Shown here piece by piece: positions 1 through 13,684 of a DNA stretch of 64,000 nt. A program made the position numbers and the translations under genes. The number at the start of each line of letters is the position of its first letter. Position 1 is the stretch's first letter. A model generated the notes under the pieces. That model saw nothing but the letters and a program-made list of their open reading frames with translations. It was not told the origin of the DNA and did not search any database. The stretch is from Paecilomyces variotii (lineage: Eukaryota): assembly GCA_004022145.1 (NCBI GenBank), contig RCNU01000004.1; one strand, given 5' to 3'.

Positions 1-1074
1 GCTCTCGTCTCCTTGGCGCTCCTTTTCTCGACTGAATACTCTCGTGACCCGATCACTAGCACCTGTGACGATGTCGCCAGTCTCCTGACAAGCAGCCACA
101 CTCCATACTGAAATGGCAGGGTGTGTGATCGTCTGGACACATTGTGTGCCGTTCCAGATTCTGACAGTTCGATCCTCGCCTGAGCTGACCAGTTCACCGG
201 TAGGCAGCGATGCCAAACAGTATATGAAACTTTCGTGTCCATGCAATTCACCTACTATCTGACCTTGCAAGGTGAACAGTCGGATTATGCCATCGTTGCT
301 AGCAGACGCAAATTGGGCGCCCGTGGGGTTGGACGAAGGAACCTTGCAGAGAGCTCTTATGACCTCGGGCGAGTCCTTGATGCTCCGTAGAAGCTTTCCA
401 GAGGTATTAAATACACGAATTATCTTGTCCGCGCATCCTAAATAGATGTAAGTAAGTTAAGCAGGGCGTAGACTGCTTCGCCGCCACGTACCGGTGATAA
501 CGGTGTCCTTATCGTAAGCTAGGACAGCCCAGACACTGCCCTGATGTCCCTCAAATACCACTTCAGCTTCCCAGTTACCAAGCCTCCATAGTCTTGCTGA
601 AGTATCCCAGCTTCCGCTCACAATCCAACCGCCCTCCGGGCAGACATCCAAGGCACAGACATTGTGAGCATGACCAAGTAGCATAGCATCCGCATTGTCT
701 CCAACGGCCTTTCCAGGTTGTTTGGCTTCTATTATAGTATCTTGTCCACCAGAGAAGATAAGTCCTTCCGGGAACTCGGGGGTGGGTGGATAGTACGCCA
801 GGGAGTTCCTGAAAGCCGATCCAGAAGAGGAGATGGTATAGTCATAGGCGGGGGGCGGGGTAGACACAAGCTTCCAGATACGAACTGTTGTATCGCGGGA
901 GGCAGACAAAACGACATTGGGGTTTGGAAATGCCACCGCGCGAACCTATATGGACAGTAATCGATCAGCATCCAACAGCCCTCAATCCCATCGCGAATAG
1001 TGTTATCGAGCAGGAGGGGCCCTTACATCATCGCTGTGGCCCTCTAGGGCCGCAGAGATCTTGAAGTCAGGCAT
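1..1074 (-). CDS. DOA1: Doa1/Ufd3/PLAA-family WD40 ubiquitin-binding protein (5' part; continues beyond the window's left edge)
   Basis: ATG at 1074 gives MPDFKISAALEGHSDD followed by GTAAGG. Downstream exons have WD repeats (SASRDTTVRIW, GHAHNVCALD, SGSWDTSARLW, GHQGSVWAVL) typical of the Doa1/PLAA N-terminus. Confidence 0.88.
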
Positions 1075-2367
1075 GCATAAAACGCTGCTCCAGCTTCTTG
1101 TATGACGAGGTATATGGGCCTGTAGGATAGACCCGGAGAAACAATAGCTAATGTAAGCTCGAAATCAGAAGAGAGCTTTGTCACCAAGTGATAACGCTTG
1201 CTGTCAACATGGACTGTACAGTAATCGGCCACTAAACGGACACCGCCTTAATGATCTAATCAATCACGTGGGCGGTGAGCTCTTCTAATCGCGTCTTTTA
1301 GAATCCATGAGGACATTCCATGATACTAATAATAATGTCAACTTAAGCTCCAAGTAGTGTAGTCGCATAAGATATGCATCCTAGATCATCAAATTTGACT
1401 TCAATATAACTATATACTCCCCGGGTATGAAACGACATTACGTTCCATGTTTCAAGGCCACTGAAACAGACCCATTATTCCACCCATGGTGTATTTTCGA
1501 CTCTCGATTCTACACCGTCGTTTGGCATATTCTCCCAGCGTTTTGCGAAAACCAGGACTGGAGCAAATCCGATATAGTTCATTATTACTCCGTACTCTAG
1601 CGCTCTTCACTGAATGTGGATCTCCATTGTGTGGAACGCCTGACCGCTGGAAATGGGCGGTGAGACAGTTTCGATGCGACGCGTTTCACGATGCTCGAGA
1701 TGCTGTATGGAATCGCGTAACATGCAAGTTTGAGTCGACAATTGCGGAGACATTCAAGGACAGAAATATAAGAGATTAGGAGGAGCAAGCCAAGTTGAGG
1801 TCGGCAAGCGCCTCAGCAAACCAGGATAATATGGTAATTATTATTATTATTGACGGGCGGACGACCAACTACAGAGCTCACGTGCAGTCGCACTGTTCCC
1901 CACACCGGCTAGTGTCAGGGATCGGACATTTTCTCCAACTCAAGCCACTTCGGGCTATCGAGTGCTGGCGATACTTCACTTCACCTTTCCTTGGACGTGC
2001 CCTGGACTTCTTCCGGGATTCGCAGGGCCGTTGAAAATACCGTTGATACTATTGAACTCCCCATTCCATCCATCAAGCTCCTCGTCCTCTCTCCACGACT
2101 TTCTCTTGAACGAATTGACACCTCTCCAACCCCGCTTACCTGTTATGATTTGATGAACCTGACGAATTTCCCTGTATTCTAAACATACATCAAAGACATC
2201 AAAAGTCTTGCGGCGTCAAAGGCTCCTTTTTTATCTAACGGAGGTCCCTTCTACGCTTATTTGTTGGGTGACTGATTGTTTGTTCCAATTTCGAAATCAT
2301 TAGCCGAGCGTTGCGGTCAGGGTCCATCAGCTTCGTGTTTCAGTGGATTTATCTCTAGTGGATCAAA

Positions 2368-3750
2368 ATGGCTTCAGGTAAGTATAGATGTAGATAAAGC
2401 TTTTCATTTTTTGACCCATTGGTTCTTCCTCATTTGTCGCCAGGCATGTCTTGCCAGGCATTTATCCGGAATTGACCCTTTCTTAAAACTAAGACTCTTA
2501 CAGACATCCCTAAGGTTGTTCCTTTGACTTGTCATGGACACTCGCGGCCCGTGCCTCATATTAGCTTTTCCTCTATAGTGGAAGATGACCAGTACTACCT
2601 TATCTCCGCATGCAAAGGTAAAAATTGGCCTTCCATATATCTCTATTCGGAGGCAAGAAATAACTGATGTCGCCAATAGACAACAATCCTATGCTCCGGG
2701 ATGGCATAACTGGAGACTGGTATTTTCAAGTTATTCGTATCTAATACAACGTGTGATACTTACCTATTTCTTAGGATTGGCACTTTCATGGGTCACAAGG
2801 GTGCTGTATGGCAGGCCCGCCTATCAGCAGATGCTACTATTGCAGCCACTGCCGCAGCTGACTTTTCAGCGTATGTTCCCTCCTGTCTGCTCTGGAGACA
2901 GATCCTCAGCTAACTTGCTTGAATAGCAAGGTGTGGGACACCCACACGGGTGAATGTCTGCATACACTGCAGCACTCGCACATTGTCCGCGCCGTGGCCT
3001 TCCCCATTCAACTGAACCCGCAGGTCGTTGCCACTGGTGGTGCAGAGAAGAAGCTTCGTATTTTCGACCTAACAAGGAGTGAAACTAGCAACGCTTCATC
3101 TCCCACATCCCCTAATGCCAATGGAGCGGGATCTGGCTCGACAAGCTATGAGATTGGCGCAGGTGTCCACGCTGGCACGATCAAATCTATTGTCTGGAAC
3201 CAGGATTACAACATCCTAACGACCGCTGCTGAGGACCGAAAGATCAGATGGTGGGATCTTCGTTCACGGCATCCAGTCGTAGAGTACGCTGTTGAGGGTA
3301 CAATTGGCACCTGCGAGCTCAACAGCCTAGCAACTTCGCCCAATGACCCAGGAATTTTGAGCGTCGCCGCAGGAAAGAGTGTCTACTTCTTCGACGGTGC
3401 CAGTCCAGGCCGTCTACTCAAGAAGATCGACTTCAAATACGAAGTGGCCAGTGTCGCTGTAAACAACGAGACTGGTCGATTCGTCACCGGTGCCGGCGAT
3501 GACACCTGGGCGCGTGTGTACGATCTTCACACTGACGAGGAACTTGGTATGTAATAACCAGCACATATATAATCCATCTTCATCTCGAACTGTGAGACTA
3601 ATAAATAATTCAGAGGTCCAAAAGGGTCACCACGGCCCCATCTGGTCCATCAGTTACTCCCCAGACGGCAAGCTCTACGGAACCGGAAGCGAAGACGGAA
3701 CCATCAAGCTATGGAAAGCCTGCAGAGAACCCTACGGATTATGGCGATAG
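2368..3750 (+). CDS. STRAP/UNRIP-like WD40 protein (serine-threonine kinase receptor-associated protein family), multi-exon
   Basis: ATGGCTTCAG|gtaagt at 2368. Exons encode [30 protein letters not shown] and [31 protein letters not shown]. Stop TAG at 3748-3750. Confidence 0.85.
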
Positions 3751-3832
3751 AGAGAGAGAGAGAGAGAGAGAGAATCATCTCTGATTCCCATAGGGAATCC
3801 CCCCCCCCCAAAAAAAAAAACAATTTTTTTTT
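3749..3832 (+). repeat. Simple-sequence cluster: (GA)n, then C-run, A-run and T-run in the 3' UTR
   Basis: Visible directly: gagagagag..., cccccccccc aaaaaaaaaa, ttttttttt. Confidence 0.9.
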
Positions 3833-4658
3833 CCTTACCCGACCTCATCACCATTTCGGTAGCATTGTACGGAGTACACACACACACACACCCTCTCTCT
3901 CCTTTTCCTGTCTACAATTATATGCCTTCCTTTCTTCAAAATATCCTCGCTTCATTTTTTTTTTCTTTTCCGGGTCTAGTTTATTATTTTCTTTTTCTTT
4001 TTCTCGCTTTTCATATTATATCCCATTGCTTGCAAGTAATTAATTAATATGGATTGTTGAAATGGGACTAGGGGAAATGCACATGCATAAACATTGTATT
4101 TTTTTATGGTCATTATTTTCCTTCTTCTTCTTCTTTATTAGTTAGAATAGCTCGTTGAGCAAATTACTTTACACCACTTCGCTGATAGATTATTCGAAAA
4201 GTTCTTGTCTCTCCGATTTCCATATTTGTCTATAGTAATTCTATGTTGTAGTAGTTATTACGCGAATACATGATTGGAACAGGTGTAGAGCAGAATTATA
4301 TTTCTTGCATTCTCTATCGGTCATAGTAAAGTACAGTTAAATAACCCCAGCCGACTGGAACAAATAGATGGACATAACATTCTAGTGATAATAAATCGCA
4401 GCATCAAAAGAGGAGAGGGGTTTGCAATTTGCCCGGTGGGATGTTGCAAGCAACCATTCTGGAACATAGTTCCAGCTACTGGTGATAATGACAATAAAGA
4501 GAGAAGCCTGTCCGTTTATATGGGGAAATGAAAATCAAGAAAAGAGTATTCTTCCATTTTTATCATACTCTTCCGCAGAGCCAACTCTGCTTGGTACGAA
4601 GAAATTGCCAGGAGCCCTGAGTAGAAATATAAAGATAAGAGTTCCATCATGCACCCGT

Positions 4659-6307
4659 TCACTCGATCATGTCAATATCGTCATCACCAGCAGCGGCCGT
4701 AGAAGCAGGCGCGACTTGAGGCGCCTCGTCAGGAACAGTCTCTTTGTCGGCCGTTCCGGCTCCCGCGTTGGCAGTTCCCCAGTAGTCGTCCATTTCCTGG
4801 TCAAGCTCCTCCTGAGTCTTGCGCGGCCGCGCGTTAGTGGTCCGACGGTTCGAGCTGTTGTTCCTTTCGTCCCGCCTCTGGCCTGGTCGTCGTCCGCTGC
4901 CGTTCCTACGCTCCGGGGAACGTTGACCGGGGACGTACCGGTCGATGTGGTCTGGGGGAGGCTTGGAGACATCACTACGTCGAACCCTTCCACCACCGCC
5001 ACCACGGCGACGGCGACGAGATCCACCATCGGCACCCTCGCTTTCGGGACTCAGGCTGCGGTCGTCTCTGTCTCTGGGCCGTTCCACACGGTCGAACAGA
5101 CTTCCCTTCGGTCTCTCGACATTGTCAAAAGGATTGCGTCTGCTTCCTCCAGCAGGTAGCAGAGTTAGCCGGATAGGCTGGCCCTTCGCGTTTGCGCCGT
5201 CGAACTCCCGGATCGCAGTCCTAGCATCACTGAGACGGTTGTAGGTGACAAAGGCGACGCCTTCCGAGCGACCGGCGCGGTCGTATCTAAGAGAGAGATC
5301 GGACACTGGTCCTATGCGCGTAAACAGATCCTATTTGGAGAAATTCCGTTGTCAGGACACTTTCCATCTCGCATGACATGATTCCACTCACCTCCAGGTC
5401 CTCTTCTGTCAGATCGTAATGAAGGTTCTCGACGCGAATCTTAGCACCTGTAGGGGCACTGCACTAGCTTAGTACGGCTGTAAGGACCAATATCCGATCA
5501 GGATAAGTTGAACATACTGGTCAGGTTCGGGGGAGTAGCGATCACCACGACGGGGTCGAGGTCCGCGGGCCGGACGAGCTGATAACAACAAAACGACTGG
5601 TAAGAAAGGCGTGACGTCTGGCAGGTCAATCAATCAATCGAAAAACGCACTGTCTCTGTCATCTTCAAACTTGTCGTGGACCCAATCACTGCGCCAATAT
5701 CTTTCCATCAGCGAAACCGAACCCTCAAACCCGCACTCCTGTATCTTTAAGACACCACTTACCGATCCAAATCAACACGCTCTTCTCTATAGGACTGTTG
5801 CGATTCCAAGAACAGGACAAGGTCAGCTGAGGGTCAATCTAGGTATTTTCAATGGCAACGAGTTCCATCTTGGTCTTTTCTTCAATTCTTGCGGAAAAAG
5901 GAACATCGTCGGCGGTAGTCTGCCTCTGGAAGTCTCGACTACGCAACCAGCGGACGCTCTGCTTTTTGGAAATAGGCGACATTACGACGCGATAAGAGGA
6001 AGAGGAGGGCGGACCTAAAAAAAAAAAAACAAATACCGGAATAAGCAATGTCCACAGTGCGAGCGCTCAGCAAAGGGGCTGGAAGGGTACCTTTTTCACG
6101 CCGTCGCGAGGATGATTATTGCCGCGACGTCCACGGCCACGACCACCGCGATTTTGTCTCTGCTACATCACCATCCCATCAGTATACACATGAATAGAAA
6201 CCACAAAACACCTCCGACCACTTCGACAGTGGACAATGGAGGCGCGGAAATCAGCAAGGTGGCCTTACAGGGCGTTCCGCAATGATCTCATCTAGACTGC
6301 GGTCCAT
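4659..6307 (-). CDS. ALYREF/Yra1/THOC4-like mRNA export adaptor (RRM with N- and C-terminal UAP56-binding motifs), multi-exon
   Basis: Exon 1 from ATG 6307 encodes MDRSLDEIIAERP. Also an RGG-rich exon, a WVHDKFED motif, an RRM (VENLHYDLTEEDL...YDRAGRSEGVAFVTY...FDGANAKGQPI) and C-terminal KTQEELDQEMDDYW. Confidence 0.82.
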
Positions 6308-7030
6308 CTTTGCTGGTCGAAAATTGGGTATAAAGCGTACACAAGAAAGAGTCGAATTCAATTCAGGAGAAAAAAAAAGTACACCAATCAGTTCACCACC
6401 AGAAGAGATGATTAGATATAGTGGCTTGAGGGGAAAGAGGATGCGCTAGCAGAGGTGTGTCAAGTATTCTCGCAAAAACCGGTCAGAGCTACCCCGGACG
6501 CTGCTGCGGCTGCGTTAAACATGATCTCCCCTGCGCGCGAATCACGTGATGACAACGAGCCGGCAATGAACAACTGCAGTAAGGAGTAAGGAGTAACAAA
6601 CTATCAAAAGTTTATGGAACAATGATAAGAACGATATGAATAAAAGAGAGTAAATTCCAATTATAGGACTATCCTCTCCCTATTACCATATTTTGGGCAT
6701 TTCCCCCGATCAGGCCCCTCCAAGTCAACTATTCAGCCCGTATGGTATGCAAAGAGCCAAAAACGCTACCTAGTTATGTACAAAACACAATGACTGTGGG
6801 GATATAAGACTACTGGAGAACAGAACTCGATGACCTTTCTGTTGGTCAAATGAAGGACTGCTACCGCCTACCGCGTAACAAATGGACTGCGGCTACTCCT
6901 TAACCACTAAGGAATTCAAAAGAGGAGACATAACCCCCTTCGTCAGCTCCAAACACCAGTAGCAATAACCGCAATATAGCGGTGCATCAAGCACTAAAGA
7001 AAGAAAAAATGGGGGTGTCGAGGGGCTGGT

Positions 7031-9278
7031 TCAGTGGTCTCCATTGGCGGAGTACTGATCACCATCGTCACTTTCACCTTCATCTTCACCGTCATTTCCT
7101 ACATCCATCATCTTCTCCATGAAACTGATATAGTCGTATTTCGGAATATCGCGATCTTCGAGCAAATCCGGGCCTTCGTGCTTTGGCATGGTCTCCAGCA
7201 GATTCTCGATAAGTTCATCTGGAATAAGGGAGTGACGGAGATCAAGTTCAGTAACATACGGCTGGGAAAGACGTCAGTCGATCAATGCGCACAAAATGAA
7301 AGATTCCAACAAGAGGAGTAGACAAAAAGGGAAACATACCTTCCCATCGGCCACTTCCCGGAAACTCTGGAAGACCTGCTCTGCTGTGTTCTGATCCTCT
7401 GTCACGCTAACCATGAAGCGGATAAATTGCTCGAAGCTGACGCCAGCGTTTGATGCCAATCTGTCAGCACCGCATGTCTCCACGAATACCTCATGCATCT
7501 CATCCTCATCATACACAAGGCCGAGACTGGCAAGTGCGGCGGAGAATTCGATTTCATGCAGCGTGTTCGAAGAGTCACGATCGAAATGTCTGAATACCGA
7601 TTCGAACTCTTCGAGTTGTATCGGTGTCAAGTTGGTCATATTACGGGCCACCATCTGATTCTCCAGGAAAGCGAGTTTCTTTGAGACACTCGACTTAACC
7701 AGGCTCAGTTCGTAGGACAGCTCGTCTAGAGTATATGTAGTGTAATCGTTCTCCTCGATGTTCGCCTCTACACATTGCTCTTCCAAATCGGCAATGGTAT
7801 CTAGGAATGCATCAAGAGGAGGTAGGTTGCTATTCAGGCGTTGCACGTGGGCCAATTGATCCTCCACGTCACCTTCAAGTCCAGAGATAGCGAGGGATAG
7901 CGTCTTCAAGGTCAATGCAAAATCGTTGGCCTTATCAGCAAATGAGCGACGAAGGGCATTCTTGATATCGCGAATGGTCTCGTTGATGAGTTGGCTGCGC
8001 GCCTGCTCGTCCCTTGTCAACTCCTCCCACTCTTGATCAAGGACCTCGGGCCTCAGCGCCGCAGGAGGATTGTAGGGTCGCAATCGGTAGGTACTAAGTT
8101 TCGTCTTGATATTACCCAGCAGGGCAGCAAGGTCCGACTTCTCCGCAACCCACCTTCTCTTCTGGTTCTTCTTGTAGATGGTAAATTGGGTGGCTTGTTC
8201 CTTGGCATCTGCGTATGTTCCTTCGAAAGAGGAGTCGCGCCACTCATCACGCTGGGCCTTGATTTGACGCAGCAACTCCTTCATCCTTCGCTCATACGAG
8301 TTCTGCATCTCCCACGCGCCCTGCATGTTGGTGACGAACTTCTCCACTCGTCTTCCGGCATTCTCCACACGCTCAAGCTGGGAGAAAGCATGGAACCAGT
8401 AGGCAATGTAAGTCATGAGCGATCGCTCATCAGGCTTCGCAACGTCGCAGACATCCTCCACATCCAGCAGGTCGGGAATGCCAATCTCGTTGGTGGCGAT
8501 GTCGAAGGCCAACTTCATGTTACCGCGGTGGTCGTTCTTGTCCAGGGCATCGAAGTCGATAAGATCGGGACGATGGATATCCAGCAGAGCGCAGAAAGCC
8601 AGACCGTCATTCCAGCTCGTGGAGAAGTCTCGAACCTCCACCTCGGGATAGCATGCTGTCTTTCTCTGACACCACAATAACAGACCCTCCTTCGCGGTCA
8701 TACCCTCCTCATTGATATCGCTAATGGTAAACCTCAAAATGAGGGTCCATATTAAACCCAGGATGATCTTTCTGTTTCCATCTACAATATCCTCGGCACC
8801 GATATTCGTCATCTGGATCCCCCTCCCCTTGATGAAATCCAAACTCTTGTTGACATTTTCGAACTTCTGCACCCGCAGCTTCGGTTTGGATGCATATCGC
8901 CCGAGCGACTCGCCGCCGAGGATTTCGAGGAGGTGGATAAGGATGACCTGCAGGATGGGTTAGTCTCCGTTCGATGATAGAGTAGCTAGACAAGCCGCGA
9001 CGACGCATCTAGTGCGAGTGAGGGAGGGAGAGGGGAGCTCACGCCATCGGAAAGATCATGCACGAGGTCTTCGATCGCTACCTTCCGAATCAAGAGTTTG
9101 TTGTTCAGCCTACGGGGAATAATATCAAAGGTCTAGTCAGCTTCTTGGCCATTTCGAGATGAGGGAAAGGAGATGGCGCATCGAGACAGCATGGGAAGAG
9201 CACGAGAGATAAAGAAACCGACCATTTTGTGAAGGTCTTCTGCTGCACATTAATCCACTGCTTCTCAACCACCAACAT
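7031..9278 (-). CDS. Alpha-actinin (2 CH domains, spectrin repeats, EF hands)
   Basis: ATG 9278 gives MLVVEKQWINVQQKTFTKW. CH-domain motifs IGAEDIVDGNRKIILGLIWTLILRF, AKEGLLLWCQRKT and FSTSWNDGLAFCALL. EF-hand FRHFDRDSSNTL. Final exon ends with TGA at 7031. Confidence 0.95.
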
Positions 9279-10889
9279 AGTGGCAGCGGCCCGTCATCAA
9301 GGGCCTTCGGACCAGACGTTGGATTACTTTGAGATTTGCTCTCAATAGCCTGGCGTAGAGCGGGTAAGATCTTCAGGCTTCGAATTCCGGAGAGGTGAAA
9401 TTCGGCCCTGTATTCTTTTTTAGCCTCAGCGACGGTCGGTCGGGGGTGTTCAGATCGTTAGCGGTAGGGAGCTCGACCGTCAGGGGTGGGGAGCGATTGG
9501 GTAGTCTAGAGTTGCGATGGCTTGTCAACAAAGTCGCCAGCCGCCTCCACAGCAACCGACTCGACTGTCCTGCAACAAACTGCTCTTCCCACGGGTGGTT
9601 TTTGTTGCTTAAATACGGAAGTTGATAGTTAATGACAATGTCTGTTTATCTCCCTTGTCACAGATCTATATCAGGGGTCCCTGGGTTATCGATCGTGTTT
9701 CTGAAGGTCGATTGCAGGGCCGGACCGGCGTCTTCTCTTATTTGCCGTGCGCGTTTCAATTGACACGTTCTCAGCCCTCCACTTCTGAGGCTTGACTGGA
9801 ACCAGCAACGCTCTGGAGTCTGGACTGTCCTGCGCTAATGACAGTATCTATCTAGACTAAATAGCGATGCCAAATCTGATCAGGGATACGATGCACCAAA
9901 CAGAGCATCCATTGTTCTCCTCTCGAGTCCTGAATAATTTTCTCCTACCAAGGGTCTCCAGGTCCAGTTGCTCAGCCATTCATCTCCGGGATTTTGGAGC
10001 GGCTCATGCTGGACTCCCATCAGCGTTCTTCCCTGCTGGAGTCTGAGGACGCAGTCGACGATCCAGCAATACTATATCGATTTTCTACGATCTATAGATA
10101 GAAAGATAGGGACCGTGTTCTTCCTCTCGGGCCATCCGGAGAGTTTCCACGCTCTAATGATTCTAGCCTGTGGGCCTCGACGTGTCCGCTTTACTCTTTC
10201 AGATATATATTATTGATGTGTGAGGCTGCAACTCCGGTCGGAATTACTGGTAGTTACGGCTTAAACTACAGTAACAGCCACAACATCCTACCACAGGGAT
10301 ACTCTAAGCGCCGGACGGGGATTAATCTTATAGTGGACTTTCAGCGATGGAACTAGAAGAAGGTGCCTTGTTCTAACCGCCGTTGCGGTCGTGCAGCAAC
10401 CATTCAGGGGTCGAAGGGCCTCATTTTCTCTAAAGCGTATGGAAGCACACATAACTCATGTGGATAAGATCCGTTTTGCTGATGGTAAGCTTGGGCGCTA
10501 CGAGTCTCCATGAACGGCGTCAAGTGAGACAGTTACGAGGATATGCAGTAGTAGATAGAACCTGAAGACATATCGGCAGCGCGATCGGAGCGATCGCAGT
10601 GCCTGGTGGTTAAGTCGCAGCTCGGGGCGGGATGATATCACTGCTTCGGTCCCCTCTCATAGTGGGGTAACCCGATCATTCGGAAGACAGACTATCCACC
10701 AAATCTTTCGCTCGCCTGAATCACGTCAATCGCCATCCTCGGAGACGCAATCGCTCAAGACTGAATTTTCTCGCTTCCAGGATCGAAAGGATCGCATTCG
10801 TGTGTACGCAATACTTCGACTCTCCTCGCGCCCGCTTTCAAACCACTGACTGAAAAGTCACAGGCAGTCTGAACCTTGGAACGCCCATC

Positions 10890-11813
10890 ATGTCCGTGAA
10901 ATACGCCATCACCGACCTTGTTTCTCTCCCAAACTCAAACGTCAAAATCCCTCGACTCGGGTTTGGTGTCTACCGTGCTCACGATGATAAATGCCTCAAA
11001 GCCGCCCAGACTGCCCTGAAGGTCGGCTACCGTCACATCGACACTGCGCAATTCTACCAGAATGAACGCGAGGTAGGCGAGGCTCTACGCCAATCGGGTC
11101 TGCCGCGCAGCGAAGTCTTTATCACAACCAAAATTATGAGTCCTGGCGGTTCGCCTGAGGCGACGTATGAGAAGATCTTGGAAAGCGTAGAAAAGATCGG
11201 GGGCAAAGATGGATACGTCGATTTGTTCCTGATCCACAGCAGCAGCTCTGGCGCGGCTGGCCGCAAGGAGTTATGGCAAGCGCTGGAGAGACTGCTGGAG
11301 GAAGGGAAAACTAGGAGTATTGGAGTGAGCAACTATGGAGTGAAGCACATTGAGGAGATGAAGGCCTACGCTAAGGTCTGGCCACCCCATGTGAACCAGC
11401 TCGAGGTGAGTTTCCCTATGGCTCGATATTCGCGACTAGTTATCAGGACAGTCCAGTTAACCAATGGATCCGTGCAGCTTCATCCGTGGTCCCAGCAACG
11501 CGTTATCGTGGACTACTGCAAGAAGCATGGGATTGTCGTCGAGGCTTATTCACCGCTGGTGCGGAATTACAAGGCCAACGACCCAACGTTAGTAGGACTA
11601 GCGCAAAAATACGGCAAAACGACAGCGCAGATCTTGGTCCGCTATTCCATACAGAAGGAATGGGTTCCCCTTCCGAAGAGCGAGGACCCTGCACGCATCG
11701 CCGCCAATGCTGATGTCTTTGATTTCGAGATCAGTGCAGACGATATGGCCGTGCTAGACGGACTGGACCAGGGAAGCGCCGGTGCGATCGTGGAAGCCGT
11801 CGCCAATGAATGA
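10890..11813 (+). CDS. Aldo-keto reductase (one 72-nt intron, 11406-11477)
   Basis: GFGVY, GYRHIDTAQFYQNE, FITTK, DLFLIHS, SIGVSNY, NQLELHPW, AYSPL and PLPKS motifs. Confidence 0.95.
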   Translation: MSVKYAITDLVSLPNSNVKIPRLGFGVYRAHDDKCLKAAQTALKVGYRHIDTAQFYQNEREVGEALRQSGLPRSEVFITTKIMSPGGSPEATYEKILESVEKIGGKDGYVDLFLIHSSSSGAAGRKELWQALERLLEEGKTRSIGVSNYGVKHIEEMKAYAKVWPPHVNQLEVSFPMARYSRLVIRTVQLTNGSVQLHPWSQQRVIVDYCKKHGIVVEAYSPLVRNYKANDPTLVGLAQKYGKTTAQILVRYSIQKEWVPLPKSEDPARIAANADVFDFEISADDMAVLDGLDQGSAGAIVEAVANE

Positions 11814-11947
11814 TTGGCTTATACGGGCACCGTAGACGTGATAATCGTTTAGCTGGGTCAATGTTTTAATACCACTTACTTCTTTCTATACGGCGCAAGG
11901 AACATTGGTTGTCTTGTTTTGTGGTAGTTACCGTAGAAGGGATTACT

Positions 11948-13599
11948 TCAGTAATCCGGTCTCTGCATGAGAAATGCGTTTACAGACTGGAGAGTCGACC
12001 TTGAAGGGTTCACATCATGTTTAGACGTGACAATCCATGCGAGACGTTGCCTGATGAATTGTTTGTCCATGTACTGCTGTGACTGAAGCCCAACAAACTG
12101 TCCTTTCCTGGTGGTCAGCAGTGCACAATATTGGGTCGAGCTTGCGCAATTGCTCACCATCGTCGTTGTAGAATAAGCACAATATTGCCAGCAATGCTCC
12201 CGCGGAGAGGTCCTTTCCGGTTTCACAGGTGACTAGTAAGGACTGCGCTGGATTCGAGAGCAGCGTGGTATTGACAAAAGTCTTTACCTGGTCGAGTGAC
12301 TTTCGTAGATCACGGCTACCTAGCTTTGCGGAACCACAGCCAAGGTTTAATCTCTTCGCGTTGCCTTCAGATGCCTGCGGACTGGCATTGCAGTCTATCA
12401 CCAGGTCATACCCATCACTGTCGGTGGAGAGGCTACTTGTTCTGCTGATATAGAGATTCTGCGTCGGGGCAACGCGTATAGCCTGGTGGTCGGTCTTTTG
12501 TGAGCGCTGTTTCGCCATGAGCTCCTGAATGCGGTCGGGCAACTCCTCCTCGTCCGTAGCCAATAGGGCAGATTTGTTTTCCCAGAAGACGGGCGGTGTC
12601 AATCCGTGAGCCCAGCTTTCGCTATCATCGCCTGCGCCCTGGATGTATCCACCCTCGGACATTTCGGCGCCATGCACCCGTTTGGATGCGGAGCACAGGA
12701 CAAAAAGATTGTATCCATCTCCCTTGTGAAGATCAGCCGGGTACAGGTAACTTCGGTTTGCCCAGGCTATCTTGATGGGCCTGCCGAGACTCTCTCTCAG
12801 AGCTTCTATGTCCAACTTGAGTGCCTATTGTTCTCATACAATGAGTGTCTATTCTTGGGATCTTCAGATCTGATGATGGAGTCATTAGTACCTTGAGTGC
12901 CTGGACGAAGCCATCAATTCTCCGCTCAATCTGGCTTTCCTCGGACGGGCCTAGATAGTCCGGGGGAAACTGGACCGCATGATAGGCGGTTTGCGAGGGA
13001 AATAGAGCCCTGTTCATTACCGCGCACCATATCGGAACAGTCTTGGAGAGCGCGTCGGGCATCACTGCACATTCATCTGGTCAACGAGGATCTTTCCCAA
13101 ATCGGCAAGAACTGCAAGGAACGTTCTCGTTCCACGAACACGTACATTTTCCCCGGCGGGTTGAGTCGACAATAATGCAACTGGGTGTAACAATATTCAG
13201 TTAGTCTCTTTCTGTTACGGACAAGCGGAATGGGGCCTGATATTATTATTATTCCTACCCTCCATGGTCCCGTGCAACGGGGAGGATCTGAAGGTTTAAT
13301 CGGCGGAAGCTGAAGTCCCATTGGCCCGTGTGACCGTCCGTGCTCTTGAAGTATGCACTTCCAGCCTTCGAGTCCGGAGGAATATACCAGCTGCCGCACC
13401 GCTCGTTCGCGATAAGGGGCAGATCATAGTGGTCGACAACCTCATGGACAAATCGCGCGTCCGCCTCGATGGAACGAAGCCTATTGGACACCGAAAGGGC
13501 CGATCGCCGTAGAGACGCAAGAGTCTGGGAGAGCGATTGCTCTGCAGATGGAAAGTGGAGAGACGACAGGGACACCGGGTAAGGGTCGGAAGTTCCCAT
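11948..13599 (-). CDS. RIT1: Initiator tRNA A64-2'-O-ribosylphosphate transferase, multi-exon
   Basis: NRLRSIEAD, ANERCGSWY, AYFKSTDGHTGQWDFSFRRLNL, PDALSKTVPIWCAVMNR, YIQGAGDDSESWAHGLTP, CETGKDLS and NPSRSTLQSVN motifs. Confidence 0.93.
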
Positions 13600-13647
13600 T
13601 ATCGTTGCACTCCGTGGAGCGCTTGGCGTTTCGCTGCAAAGGGGTGT

Positions 13648-13684
13648 GTCGTAGTCGTAGTCGTAGTCGTAGTCGTACTCGTAC
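13648..13684 (+). repeat. (GTAGTC)n hexanucleotide microsatellite upstream of RIT1
   Basis: gtcgtagtcgtagtcgtagtcgtagtcgtactcgta. Confidence 0.85.
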
